Assembly (NCBI GenBank): GCA_002633005.1
Contig: NMRA01000653.1
Span: 1-64,000 of the forward strand
Origin: Phoronis australis
Lineage: Eukaryota > Animalia > Phoronida
Length of the DNA: 64,000 nucleotides
Reading direction: 5' to 3'
Shown: positions 50,701 through 63,014 of the stretch, piece after piece
Numbering within the stretch: position 1 is the stretch's first letter
Layout of the letters: each line of letters begins with the position of its first letter
Notes under the pieces: generated by a model
Database searches by the model: none
Seen by the model: only the letters and a program-made list of their open reading frames with translations
Told to the model about the DNA's origin: nothing
Position numbers and translations under genes: made by a program

Positions 50701-53700
50701 GGTGGCTAAAGCCCCCTCAGCCCCCTGTGGTGAACCGCCAATACACCATTTGCGGCGTAGCACTGAAGAAAGTGGAGGGGCTATAGCTCCCCCCCCCCNN
50801 NNNNNNNNNNNNNNNNNNNNNNNCCCCCCCCCCCCCACCGCCTCCTATATTGCGCCGCCCATGCTCTGTATCTATAAACGTTCATGCAAGGTTTACTTTG
50901 ATATGATTAAAACCACTTGACTGTTTTCAAAAATCTTATTTTAGGGCGCAAAAGTGGAAAAGAAAATTTTGCATACCTCCCAACCGCATTGTGGGACGTA
51001 ACCGACGACGGTACCCCCGTATACGCGCAGTGGAACTACCGTATCCTGTGCCAACCTCTGAAAGACGACATCCCGTTGAACCGACTCCGATTGGTCAACG
51101 ATTTTGGTGCTCGCATGGCTCTTCGTAACTCCGTGGCCAAGCACGTGCATTCTCGTGCTGCCCGCTTTCAAATAAACCCCTTCAACAAACCGTGGGATTC
51201 GTCATCTGACGGAACCGTTCAGTACGTAATGAAAAATGTTTTATCATAAGTGAAGGGATGTCCTGTGACCCTTGGTTTAAGCAAAGGAAAGTTGGTCTTG
51301 ACACTTGGTGAGAAACGGGCCACATTATCTGAAAAGGATACTAAACCGTGTTTTGGCCTATTGACATACATGGGCAACCGTAAGACACATTTAAGTTCAA
51401 AGTGAATGCTCTGTTATCCTCGTCAACACTTAAAGCACGCTTGAAACTCCTCGTAAAAGCTGCTAAGTAGATTACCGTGACTAACGCTTGAGTCGATATA
51501 TGTGTGGGGAAAGATTAACCCACGTCGAACCATGCGATTCACGTTGAGACAGTGGGTAAATGTTTTAGGAGAAGAATATTTCAAATCTCGAGAGAACCAC
51601 CAGTTGCACAACCGCAGGTAGCGCAACTAATTTCGAGTGACGTCATTAAACCAGTATTGACAACCGTGGCGGCCACTTTGATGGTGCCTCAAGAGAAATT
51701 CGAAAATAAAAATTGAATGATGCAAACTAAAATCGGTTTATTTTGAAAAAAGAATGTCATGTTGATAGAGCAGGGAGTATGCTTTGACTAGTTTGGATTG
51801 GTGTTGAAACTCGTCAACCAAGTTTTCAACTAAAATGAAACGAAAACGGTACCTTAATGTGGTCAACGCCTAAGAAGCAGAAGACAATATGGTTAGAGGG
51901 CGGTAACCAATTTACGCATTGAGTTATGGAGGTTGTCTTCTGTGAACACGATCGCAATGTGACGTTCTCACTAGGTATGGGTTCCTCGACAAGCTGATGG
52001 GCCAGGTACCGGGTAAGGATAACGCCATGGCTAACTTGACTGACAACGCAATGGGTGATCCCGCCTATCCCCTTGATTCGAATATTGATCGACCTCTAAA
52101 TGTGGGTGAGTGCGTCTGTGTGTAAGAAATAACATCCTACGACCTGCGGCAGTTATTGATATTGTTAACAGGCTTTTTAATAGTTTTCCTGCTGTATAAG
52201 TTTGTATTTAATTTTTTTTTGTGGGCGTAAATCCAGTTTTCATATTAAAAGCTATGTATAAAATTATACATGTATTTCTTAAGAATACATTTAAGACAGT
52301 TAATATCTTCAGTTAAAAAGCCGCCCTTAATTTGTTGCTGGGAATCAAGATTTGCTCAGAGATGAATTGACACAATTTCCCAGTGTTTAAGTCAGACGAT
52401 CGTCATAATTCGTAAATATATACATCTGTGGAGAAGGCTCAGAGAAACTAATGTTTTCATCCAATGGACATGATTTGATATAAGAGGGTAAGTATTAGCG
52501 AGATATAAACTTGCTTTTTTATAATCTGTCCCTTGCCGGTAGTTGTAGGACTGGACGAGGCTCAAAATATTCGTTCTCGTTTTGTCTCTTTTCATTGAAT
52601 ATAACATTCATTTCCGAGTTACGACAGCGCCTTTTTACAGGTTACTACCACCGCCGGTTCCGATCTTACCAAAAAGGAGCGATGGGGCTCAGGTCTCGCC
52701 ACCGTGGTTACGCCGATGAGAATATGTGGGCTGCCATGACAACTCAGCCCAAAGTATTAGTCGAAAATTTGTGATTGTCGGTCACACGGGACACCTTTAT
52801 CAGAATTTGAACTGTATTAATTCGTTTTTATTATTTTAACCTAGCCACCTCAGCTCCATCTTCCACTGAACAAAAAATCATTTTGGAACTCCCATCTTTC
52901 TACAAGAACTTTGTTTTGTAGCTGGAAGTTTTTACTGTTATTTGTCTTGTTTCATAAACTCTGACTATTCATGTCTTAACAAGCGTTCCCCATTGCAAAA
53001 TTAAAGTAACATTAAATAACACGGTTTAATGCAACTTAATATGGCCGCTGTCATGAGTGACAGCTTAGTCATGTACTATGTGTACTCACTCAGCTGCCGC
53101 CATATGCAATGAAGTTTCGACGGAAACAGCGCCCTCTTTTTGATAGTAAAGTAAGGCAAACACGAACAGGGCTGAGTTACGAAATGTTAACAAAAAGTCA
53201 TTTTAGTTCAACTGCCGAATCTCATCTTGAATTATAAATTGGTGGATGTTTAAGGAAGAGTAGCTTTAAAGTTATTTAGTAGTGGGTGTTTTAAATGCAC
53301 TCTTTCTCCGTAGGTGGCACCGACGAAGTACAGGGAATGCAAACGGGTCAATAAAAACGAAGTGTGCACGGAGACCGAGCAGAGATGGTCCTACGCCATC
53401 CCGATGGAGATTATTTACCTGACACCACTCAATGCATGGAATCCTTACGACATTGAATATAAAGTAAGCTGCACTCGTGTCGTTATCGTTTTTATTTCAT
53501 GTAAATTTCATTGTTTTTTTTTTCGTAAAAATGAAAAGGTCCTATTTTGGTAGCCCCTAGTGCAAAAACGGACCAATAATCCTACCAGCGTTTTGCAGAA
53601 CATTGCATAGTGGATAGTATATAGTGTCATGTGAATCAGATCAGACATTTTCCTAGTCGCTCCATACACATTTGCAGCCTACCGTTTATTTTCATGATTC

Positions 53701-56700
53701 AATATTCTAGCATACACTGTAGTCGTCAGGTCACTTTCAATTGGAGTCATTTTGTTAGTAAGGCGAGAAAGGTCGCGACATCAATCTTTCTCTGCGCGCC
53801 TCTGAATAAATCTGTCAGCTGTGCAATTCAGATCACACATTGAAATTTATCTCAATTAATAGACGTGAATGTATCCACGTACATTGTAATGTTTTTAATT
53901 TTCAGGGTAACAAGGGAAAACTCGCTCAGAGAACTGTTTATGCCGGAGGTCGTAATGGAAAATTTGAACCAGACAAGGCGTACAACGGCACAACAACCAA
54001 ACTTTACGCCATTACCCCTGATGACTTTTTCAGCGGAAGAGAGGTGCGTATTTAAAGATTTTGGAAACGCAGCACGACCACGGGGCTCTTTGTTTTTTTC
54101 GCGTGTATTTTTGTAACAAAATTGCATGTTTTTGCGCAAATGGGCTTTATCAACTCGTCATTTCTTTTGAATTATAGTCCAAGTTAATGCCTGATATTGT
54201 TATCGTCTCCAGGTGAAGCCCACTTCATATATGTTTGTAGAACGTCTCTTTATCTGCCTGTCTATCCGTCATAACGCAGCATGCTTTTTTAAAGATAACA
54301 TATCACGTTCTCAAAGCTGAGGTTTTTCACGAGCTCATTTCATTGATTAGCTGGAGAAAGATAAAGCCGACACGACGCGATCAGGGGCTTACGGGGTACT
54401 GGACAGAAAGGGAAATGTACGTGCAGTCCGGGCGTCGGGCACGCGTATCACCCTGCCGAAAATCCCCGGTGTCGGCGTGCTGAGAACGAGATACCCAATC
54501 ATGCCGGTGCATGTAGAAGGTAGGGCACTATGACTTTAAACCAATGAGCCTCTGTTTGAAATAATGCGCATTTTTTCAAAGACTGTAAGTGATTTTCATA
54601 AAAGCGCCTACGTTTGAGGTTCTTGTACATGCGAGAGCGGCTTTCTCTTGTATACGTGCACGATTTTAACTGGGTAGCCTAATAGTAGTGTTTTACCCAC
54701 TTTTAATACGTTTCATTAACATTTACTTTACACATCTCCTAAACGTCCACCATGATTCTTCTATGTGTACAGCAAGTTTCACTGCCATAAAATTAGTATA
54801 GTTCGTTTACACAAACTTCGTTAAAAACTCGACTAGACTTTTTGTTAGCGAGCTTGATACTGGTACGTTCGTAATTTCGGAACAGTCTCCTTTCTTCTGG
54901 TGTACAGGTATGAAGTAAATGACCGAGAGACATAACAAACAAGTAAAAACAGTAGCTATATTTCGTGACTTCATGTCACATCACCAGGCGGAATGAACAT
55001 ATACAGAGCGAAATTAGCAGTAAAATACACGTGACAGCGAGAAGAGGGGCATACAAGCAGAGAGTGTGAATGTAACACACGGTAGGAAGCCCGCAGCCCT
55101 ATCGAAACATAGCCAGCGTGCGATACATGTACACACCTGTGAGCTGTTCATTCAATACAGATTTTTCGTGTGGCTTGCGATACACACCTGTGAGCTGTTC
55201 ATTCAACACAAAAAGTCTAGTCTTGTCTTTATAGAAGTTTGCCATACTATTTTAGAATTATGCTCATCAGTGTTTGATCACATACATGTATATGGCCATT
55301 CATCTAATCCTGGATATTGAGACAGCTTTTGGAATACAAACCTGTAGGAGCACTAAATACGCTCGTGTACGACAATGAAGGAACACCGCCACAGAAAACA
55401 TTCGCTTAATAAGTTATTCAAACACTAATTAAGATGGAAATTCACAGATTGTGAAACTGAAAGACGTTCACATACATGTAAACTTTTTATCCGTATTCTG
55501 TTGGGGTCTGTTGTACCAACAATAATAGCATTTGGATTAAGATATACAGTCGTGAGGTGCTCTTGAGTCCCTAGTAAGTCACGGTTATACTACGTTCTGC
55601 GGAAATGATAGTGCATTCGATAATCAACAAACTTGAAAATACTGAAAATAGTCATCGATTTTGCTTTTATCATTGAAAATGGACGCTTGAACAACAAACT
55701 GTGATTTTGCTTCCCTGAATACCAACGAGTAAACAATTTTTTACTGTTATGTAGGACACTATAAGAAAAGTTGAATTCGAAACTTCGTATATCAAAAATG
55801 GCCTATTGGATTAATATGATACATTCAGATACTGTGTTTTATCCATTGTAATCCAAAACGCTGTTAGTGGTTGTTTTTCAAACGTATCGCTTTTGCCGAG
55901 GGCTGACAAAAATTAGACTCATATGATTTTCATGAAAACACCATGAAGTTGCGTAAAAACGAAAGCGAGTAGATATCTATTAGAAAATTGTAAAACTATT
56001 TTTGAGCTCTCATCTTGAAAAATTTGTATCAAGTAAAGCTTAATCAAGTTATTGGTACCATGCTTTTGTTATCAAAGAACCAATATTTTTGCTGAATGTT
56101 ACTTGGCAATGTGACCTAATTAATGTCAGATTGGTAAAAGTCAAAAAGCAAACTGGACAGTTTTTCTAATTTCAGAAGATGTGTATTTTAGCGGATTTCA
56201 AAGCAATAGCGTTGTACAATTTTGACTAAATGCGTAGAGTTGTCAATAACGTCCTACATAAACATAACTCTCGAACATTATTGAACCACTTTAAGACTTT
56301 GTTTTCTTCTATTTCCGTTTACGCTTTTATATTGGCAAATTTCTGAAACATCCAAATATAATACGACACCTAGAAATCAACTGTTTCATCAGACCTATTT
56401 TGCTTTCATGGTTAGATCTAAATAAGAATTACGTTGCTCATTTTGGTGCTTGAAAATTTTCATGTTGAATATTTTTGCGAAAAAAAACTAATGAGATATA
56501 CCATACAGAACAAAAAGCCAAGTTAACTTACACATTGTGGTTGGAAGACATTGGAGAAATTGAGTAGTAAAATAAAATGAAATTATTCCAAACAGTCTCT
56601 AATTGTGTTATTTTAAGGCAATGCCATGTGGAAAGAATTAGACGCTTTGAAAGATATTGTGATGGACATGGAGAAATATAGTCACATGTTGATTCGACCA

Positions 56701-57642
56701 CCATTCTCCGCAAACCAGGTTAACCACACAGAACAGGTCGGTACGATGACCAGCTTGCTACAACAGTTTTTCTGACGTGCTACCTACCTTAAAGGCAGTG
56801 TTTTCTCAGAAACCATGCTTCAAAAACACACGTCTTATAAGTGGACGAAAAGTGAATAGTAGCCGTCATTGAATTTTTAAAATCGATGCATCATAAGAGA
56901 AATTGGCGAATAGGTTTTCTTCAGCATCGTGGGTAAGCCTCGACCATTAATGTGTGAATCGATTAAGACGGGTTAGTCACAGTCAGTACGTCTTAGGCTC
57001 GCTTAGGCGTTGGAGTAACAAAACCACACACGTTTGCGTAAGCATTTTCTCGTGCAATTTAAAGTCATGGTATGCTCATTAAACTACTTGAAATTAGGCT
57101 TGCGTACATCTCGTTTCCGCCTAATCTCGGCTTTTGTCTAAGGCTTGGAGTTCATAATATTTTAGAGACTGAGGAAGAAATGATTTTTAATTTCCAAAAT
57201 AAGTCAGGAAGCACTTACAAATTTAAGAGATTTATACGTCCTGACCGATCTTGTTCATAGGCGGAGTATTAAACTGTCTCAATATTTTAATCATATAATT
57301 ACTGATGTTGACTGTTGTTTACCCGAAATCACGGTCAAGCTCTCGTTCTTTGGGACCTAATTTGTTATATTTTATCCCCAGGGTTCCGTGACTCTTGAAG
57401 TACCAGTGACCGTAAGAGACCCGCCAGGTGAGCACACGCATATGTTCAGCCTGTCGCCAAATCAAGTGAAACAGCTCAAGGGAGGGAATTTAGTTACCGT
57501 GGCAACCACCATTGACAACGGGCATGCACACTCCATACAAATTGCTTGGAACAATCGGAGGAAGGTCTTCGCCATTGTAAAGTGTGACGGTCAGCGGTCG
57601 TGCTGGGACGGTCACGGTGCAACTCTGACCGTTACAAACTAG
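47723..57642 (+). CDS. Paralogue C: uncharacterised secreted protein, 12 coding exons, 675 aa, head-to-head with B
   Basis: Exons (plus): 47723-47891, 48192-48445, 48938-49067, 50188-50304, 50945-51221, 51975-52105, 52641-52753, 53314-53463, 53906-54043, 54351-54519, 56618-56736, 57382-57642. All introns are GT-AG with intron positions and phases identical to A/B. Total 2028 nt. Signal peptide MTVPLALLVALVVVVSSTTA. AATAAA at ~57715 and ~57974. Confidence 0.92.
50673..50863. mobile_element. MITE with CATGGGCGGCGCA TIRs and near-perfect 5-bp TSD, intron 4 of C
   Basis: CATGGGCGGCGCA...TGCGCCGCCCATG flanked by CTCCG / CTCTG. A second left-end-like copy lies inside at ~50747. Decayed relatives occur at ~18379-18468 and ~44650-44720. 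Contains a short N gap. Confidence 0.75.
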
Positions 57643-59466
57643 AGTCTTAGTGTCAACATGTAAAGTATTGTATTTGACCAAAATTCGTTCATTTCATGGA
57701 AATATTCCTCTTTTAATAAATCGCTCTGAATCAAATAGCCCGGTAGTTGTCGAGCTTCACTAAAAAGTGAAAATCTTTAAATGCTTTGAAATCGAGGCCT
57801 GGTAACTGTTTTAAAGGAATTCTCATTTACTCACAATTAACTTAAATTCTCGTTTGTATACATCACCAATCATAACTTGGTTATAAGTTTTTTTATCACA
57901 TATGCCTTTCCTAATTGGGATTATATTTTAAAATGTCCATAGGCATAATGTGTACCAACACATTGTACATGTAAATAAAAGCGACTATGAAAGGTAGCAG
58001 GTGATCTGCAATCGCCACTTACCACATTTTGAGAACCGATTTCTACACTGAATAATGGGTGTCAAACTGGTTCTCAATGCCCGAAACTCACTAAGTGACT
58101 ATTGCCGGAAATGATTCATGGGCGAAAGTGGTTACCTGGTCATGTTCTTATTTAAGATTTATGATTTTCGTCAAGATTGCAGATGTGAAGCTTAAGAGTA
58201 ACACTTGAGAATTTCGTTTCCTACTTCATTCACTGAAACAGTCTGCCTTTACTTCCTAAAACCGATCTACGTAAATGAATTTTTAAAATTTTTATATTAT
58301 CGTGAACCCATAAGTTAGATATTTTTGAAATCCCCGAAATCTTACGATGAGCATGAAAGTAATGTCAAGATGTTCGTGGTAGTTGATATTTCCCAGAAAT
58401 CATGATTTTCGTTCTTGTAAAAGAAAATCATCGTGTTTTTACTAACATGAATTTTTTCACGTGAAAAATTGCAAATTCGGTTTCTTTATTCTGTTAGCTA
58501 GAAAGGCGTGTCTGGGATTTTTAAGCAGTTTTAGAAAATTTCGCCTGTCTAAAAATCAAGAGTTCTGTCTGTTTCCATGGGCATGTTCATTCTTAATATC
58601 GGAGTTGTAGGCCAAAAAGCCTTAAAAGAGAATCCTCGGCATGCTTTTTATAAAACATAATTTGCACATTTCGTGCGAAAAATCATGTTTTGTGAAAAAT
58701 ACGGCGATCTCCGAGACAGTTCAAGCTATTTTAGAAAAAACAGTCCCCGCTAAAACTTAGCGAGCAGAGGTCTTGTGATGACCCTAGCACTTCGAAAAGT
58801 AAAAAGTGAAACAAAAACAGAAACTTCATTCCAATTAGATACAAATCAGTCACAATTTAAGAAATATACATTCTTATTCATTGGATGTGGATGCCAGGGG
58901 TCTTTTTGTTCCGTCCCCCCACCCCCCCCCCCTCCTTCNCCCCCCCCCCCCCCCCCCCCTTCTGCACGTTACTGTTTTAACAGGTTAAAACCTGTCTTGT
59001 TGATGAAACCACGAGCGAGTCATGACTTGTGTGTAGAAGCGCACCTCCCGGGAGCAAGTATAGCTGGGTTCACTAACAGACTGTTGGGTGGGGATGGTCT
59101 TTAACTATTGATGGCCAGGTAATTAAGCCTATACCAAGAATTTTTTGTAACCAAGTTTGAAGTTCAGTCGTGGTGGGAAATTGGGAGGGGTTGATTTTTG
59201 CACACATCCATCTGAGTCACTGAGTAAATAACTGATAAAACAACGTAATTTTATCTATACTGACCTATTTTTCTACATGCAATGGCTTCAGCTTCCGTGG
59301 ATAACATTTAGATACGTTGACGTTTTTATTTCAAGACTGTAACATATTTAGAAACATTCTATATCTGAGCTGGTGGCGAACAATTCAGACCCCAGAATAA
59401 ATTCACCGCGGCCACAATAAATAAATATACTTCAGCTAAGAATACCATTTAATAGATATCCTTTGG

Positions 59467-59874
59467 TCATAACAAATCATCATCGTCAAATAAGTCTATG
59501 AAGTCGTTTTTAAAATTGTTGTGCACAAAAACACAATCTCTCTCCGCCTCATGATCAGATATTCCACTTACTAATCCACCAAGATTAACTGATGCAACTG
59601 CGGGCATAGAGCGCCTGTCATTGCCCTTGGTTGTAACTTTGTTGATTCCAGCTGCTCGCAGAGTACCGAGTCTGCCTTTGGCTCTCGTGGTGCTGTAGTT
59701 GTAAAGAGCTGACGACAAGTACTCTATGGGATCAGCTGGGCGTCTCATGCAGACAGTCGCCAAGAGATTTGGCAGAATTTCCCCTAGTTCCCGCATGAGA
59801 TAATTTGAATCTTCTTTCGATACGCCTTTATATCTATCGATAAGGTGGCTAACTGATTCGTGTCCAGACACCAT
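59467..59874 (-). CDS. Dpy-30/RIIa-like dimerisation-docking motif protein (DYDC-like); terminal exon or small single-exon gene
   Basis: DSNYLMRELGEILPNLLATVCMRRPADPIEYLSSALYNY matches the Dpy-30 motif pattern (YL...G..L...L..V...RP.DPIEYL...L..Y). Convergent with gene C. The 5' structure is unresolved because of an in-frame stop at 59953-59955. Confidence 0.6.
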   Translation of the reverse strand: MVSGHESVSHLIDRYKGVSKEDSNYLMRELGEILPNLLATVCMRRPADPIEYLSSALYNYSTTRAKGRLGTLRAAGINKVTTKGNDRRSMPAVASVNLGGLVSGISDHEAERDCVFVHNNFKNDFIDLFDDDDLL

Positions 59875-62503
59875 TCCGCTTCCTGAACTGTTTTCAAACG
59901 TACACGTCTTTTGCTGCTTTTCGAGCGTTACAGGCTGAGTCGATGACGCCGATTACACTTTTAAAATTGAAGGGCAGTGGATTTTCATTGCCAATTTAAT
60001 GGTAAAATTATCAACATGGGAGTGTTAATTGACAATGAATATGACAGAATTGACACTTTCCTCCACATAACATACATTAAGAACGCCTTCTATCAAGCCA
60101 TAAGTTTTGCCACAGCAACAGTGCACTCCAACGTTGATACAGGTCGTCCATGTTGTTTATACGTCTCCATGATTTCATAGTCTCTAACACAAAACATTTG
60201 AAGATCAAATAGTACAATGAACCATTAGTTTCAATTTTATGAATTTGAGAGATGTTGAAATCAAAATTTCTTAAATTCTGTATCCAAATACAATAAAACG
60301 TATCATGACGGCTCCCTTTTGTTGACTTTTGTTCATGTATATTCCGAAAGGGTTCGCCTGTTGCACTTCCGTCTTCAGCACTAATCAAGAATCGTCCCGG
60401 TTGGTTGTGGTCATAAAATATTGTGAAATGTCTGTCCGTGTTGCAGTTGTAAGTATTGCTGTCGTGTGATTTTGACGCCATTTCGTGAGGAATGTGGATC
60501 TGTATAGGTCTCAGACTTAGTCCGAACTTGTCTACGCTATGATAACTGCATTGCAGCTGTAGTAAATTTGCAGGTCATGCCGGTGTCGCGGCCACACTGT
60601 ACCCATGGCCATGGTATAGTTTACCAGTACCTTGTTGGGCGGTTTTGTGGGTACAATATTTCTCGTCTGAGGTGTGAAATATTGAAGTAGTGTACCAGGA
60701 ATTCACTGAATCGTATGATGTAAGGATCCATCCCTGGCCATTTTATTTTTTGTATATTTCATCTTTTATGTTCGTTCGGGAATGTGTCAAGAATATTCAA
60801 TCAATCACTATCAGTACGCCTATGGGCCAATATCATTTGTAGTTGTTTTTCAAACGAGAAGACGTAATAAGTCAAAAATAAGTGAAAAAATTTGGAAAAA
60901 TCACTTGCTCTGTGTTGCTTCACTGTGAAACAAATTAACATTGATGATGAAACATCAACTGTAAATTTAATCTTAAGTGATCAAGATTTACTTAACTATA
61001 CTATTTTTGCCGTAATAGGGCACGTCAAGGAATTGAAATGCAGTTGGAACTTAAATAATATTATACCTGCCCTCAATCCCTTGATTGTGGGGCAGAATTA
61101 ATCGGTCCCATCCTCTGTGAAAACTATTGAAAAATCATGTGAAATTCCCGGCCATGATGCCCAAATATTCCCCTCAACTTAATTATTGAAAAATTCCCCT
61201 CGAGGTTCAAGTTACTTCTCACAAAGGTGACAATTTGAGTACAAATTGTTAGTTTTGGCTACTAGAAGCATCTAGCCTATGAGAGCTTGCAACATGGTGG
61301 GAGTGCTGTTGATGGTGATCGGGAGCTAGAATTTCCCCTCACCCCAAAATATTGTGCTCTCGAAAGGCGCAGGCACCTTTCCTCTCAGATAAAAGAGCTT
61401 GCACCGTGTTATGTTACAGAACTGTCAATAGGTATGGCGCATTCTCCAATGCATGTTCAACAAAGTGTGTGTTGTAATGCTTTTGTAAATTCATAAAGAC
61501 TATTGTTTTTTCTTGACTGAGGAATTCTTTGAAGATCTCCTGAGACAATTGTCCGTGGCTGGGTACCTTACTCCTAAGAATTAAGTCTCCTATTGTATGT
61601 TAATCAACGTAGATGTTGTAACTATAGTTTGACGATTGAGAAAACAAACATTTCCTCCAAGCCACTGCCAGGACTAACAAACCAAAGACAAATCTACAAA
61701 TTTACTTGAAACATGTGGTGCTATTGGTCAGTTTTGGAGTACACAGAGGTTATGTCCTTGGCCCAATGATGTGCCTAGCATACTCTTGAGCAACAACAAA
61801 ATATGCTAGTTCTTTCCAAGCCCAAAAATAACATTTCATTTGACTTAGACCAGTCATATTGTGGTGACTGAGTGGTCAAAATCTAAGGCTCATACATTTG
61901 ACAGAACATAACAAGTTTAAAGTACCTTTAAAGTCTAGAGTAAGCGACTACAAGCCCAGCTTCCATGACAAAAAACAACTTTTAGAAAACTGGAGTCAAA
62001 TTGTTCCTTAGTCGAATTAGAAGACTTGTGATTTTATGCAAATAAGGATTTTGAAATAACCAACAGCTCACTTTAATTTGCTTGAGACTAGACTCTAAAA
62101 ATTGGCTTGTCATGGTCTGCCTTCTTGCACGTTGAGCATGGTCCCGCCAAATAACAGACTCAGCTCTGTACAAACCCCTTAATCATTTCTCATCTAAGTA
62201 AGGAACAAGTTGAGACCAATGTTATAAAGGCACCTAGTGGTCTAAATCCTAAATACACTTCATCTATGGAAGGTGACTCTGTAGCTGCCATAACTGGTAA
62301 AGCCCCCAGCAGCAATAACATTCCGAAAGCGCAAACACTTTATATTGTTTTATTGTCTGAGGTAATAACTTCAAGAAGTCAAATTATCCAACATTAATAC
62401 CAAAAATGTAACTTCTTCAACCCTAAAATGGATTGTGAATGGTAAACTAAATTTTTTTGATATAAAAGAGACAAGTTCTGTACTACCTGTAGATTCAGTT
62501 AGA

Positions 62504-62920
62504 GTTCTGTCGTTTCTCGGAACACAGCTCATTATTGTTCTTAAAATCATGAACAAGGTTACCATTACAGGAAAATTATTGATGACTGCAGTTCTCTCAT
62601 TTTCCATACCGAAGCTCATTACTGTTCAAAGTAATGAACAAAGGTACCAGTACCGGGAAAATCATTGATGATTACAGTTTTCTAATTTCCCAGAACACAG
62701 CTCGTTGTTGTTCAAAGTAATGAACAAAGGTACCAGTACCGGGAAAATCATTGATGATTACAGTTTGCTAATTTCCCAGAACACAGCTCGTTGTTGTTCA
62801 AAGTAATGAACAAAAGTACCATTACTGGCAAAATCATTGATGATTACAGTTTTCTCATTTCCCGGGACACTGCTCATTATTGTTCAAATTAGTGAACAAA
62901 GCATTACAGGAAAATCATTG
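62504..62920. repeat. 86-bp tandem repeat, about 5 units
   Basis: Units start at 62504, 62591, 62677, 62763 and 62849. Consensus GTTTTCTAATTTCCCAGAACACAGCTCGTTGTTGTTCAAAGTAATGAACAAAGGTACCAGTACCGGGAAAATCATTGATGATTACA. Confidence 0.92.
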
Positions 62921-62941
62921 CAGCAGTAACACAACACTTAC

Positions 62942-63014
62942 CGTCTTCTCTACTTGCTGATGATTTATGTGTCTGGAATGTTGTACTAATTGAATCGTAT
63001 GATTCATGTCGGTC
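62942..63014 (-). CDS. Candidate 73-nt internal exon of a minus-strand gene
   Basis: gtctttAG|GAC CGA CAT...GAA GAC G|GTAAGT, with open frame DRHESYDSISTTFQTHKSSASRED. No homology support. Confidence 0.3.

Noticed and set aside
2997-57642. Assigning a gene symbol or known family (e.g. tyrosinase, haemocyanin, multicopper oxidase) to paralogues A-C
   Set aside because: The His spacing does not match CuA/CuB or the multicopper HxH/HCH signatures. I cannot support a name without a database search.
58915-58960. Poly-proline ORFs (58775-59104; also 50702-50920)
   Set aside because: They derive from poly-C tracts with ambiguous bases in repeat or MITE sequence, not from coding exons.
62504-62920. 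Possible CRISPR-like array
   Set aside because: Units are contiguous tandem copies with no unique spacers, there are no cas genes, and the context is eukaryotic.
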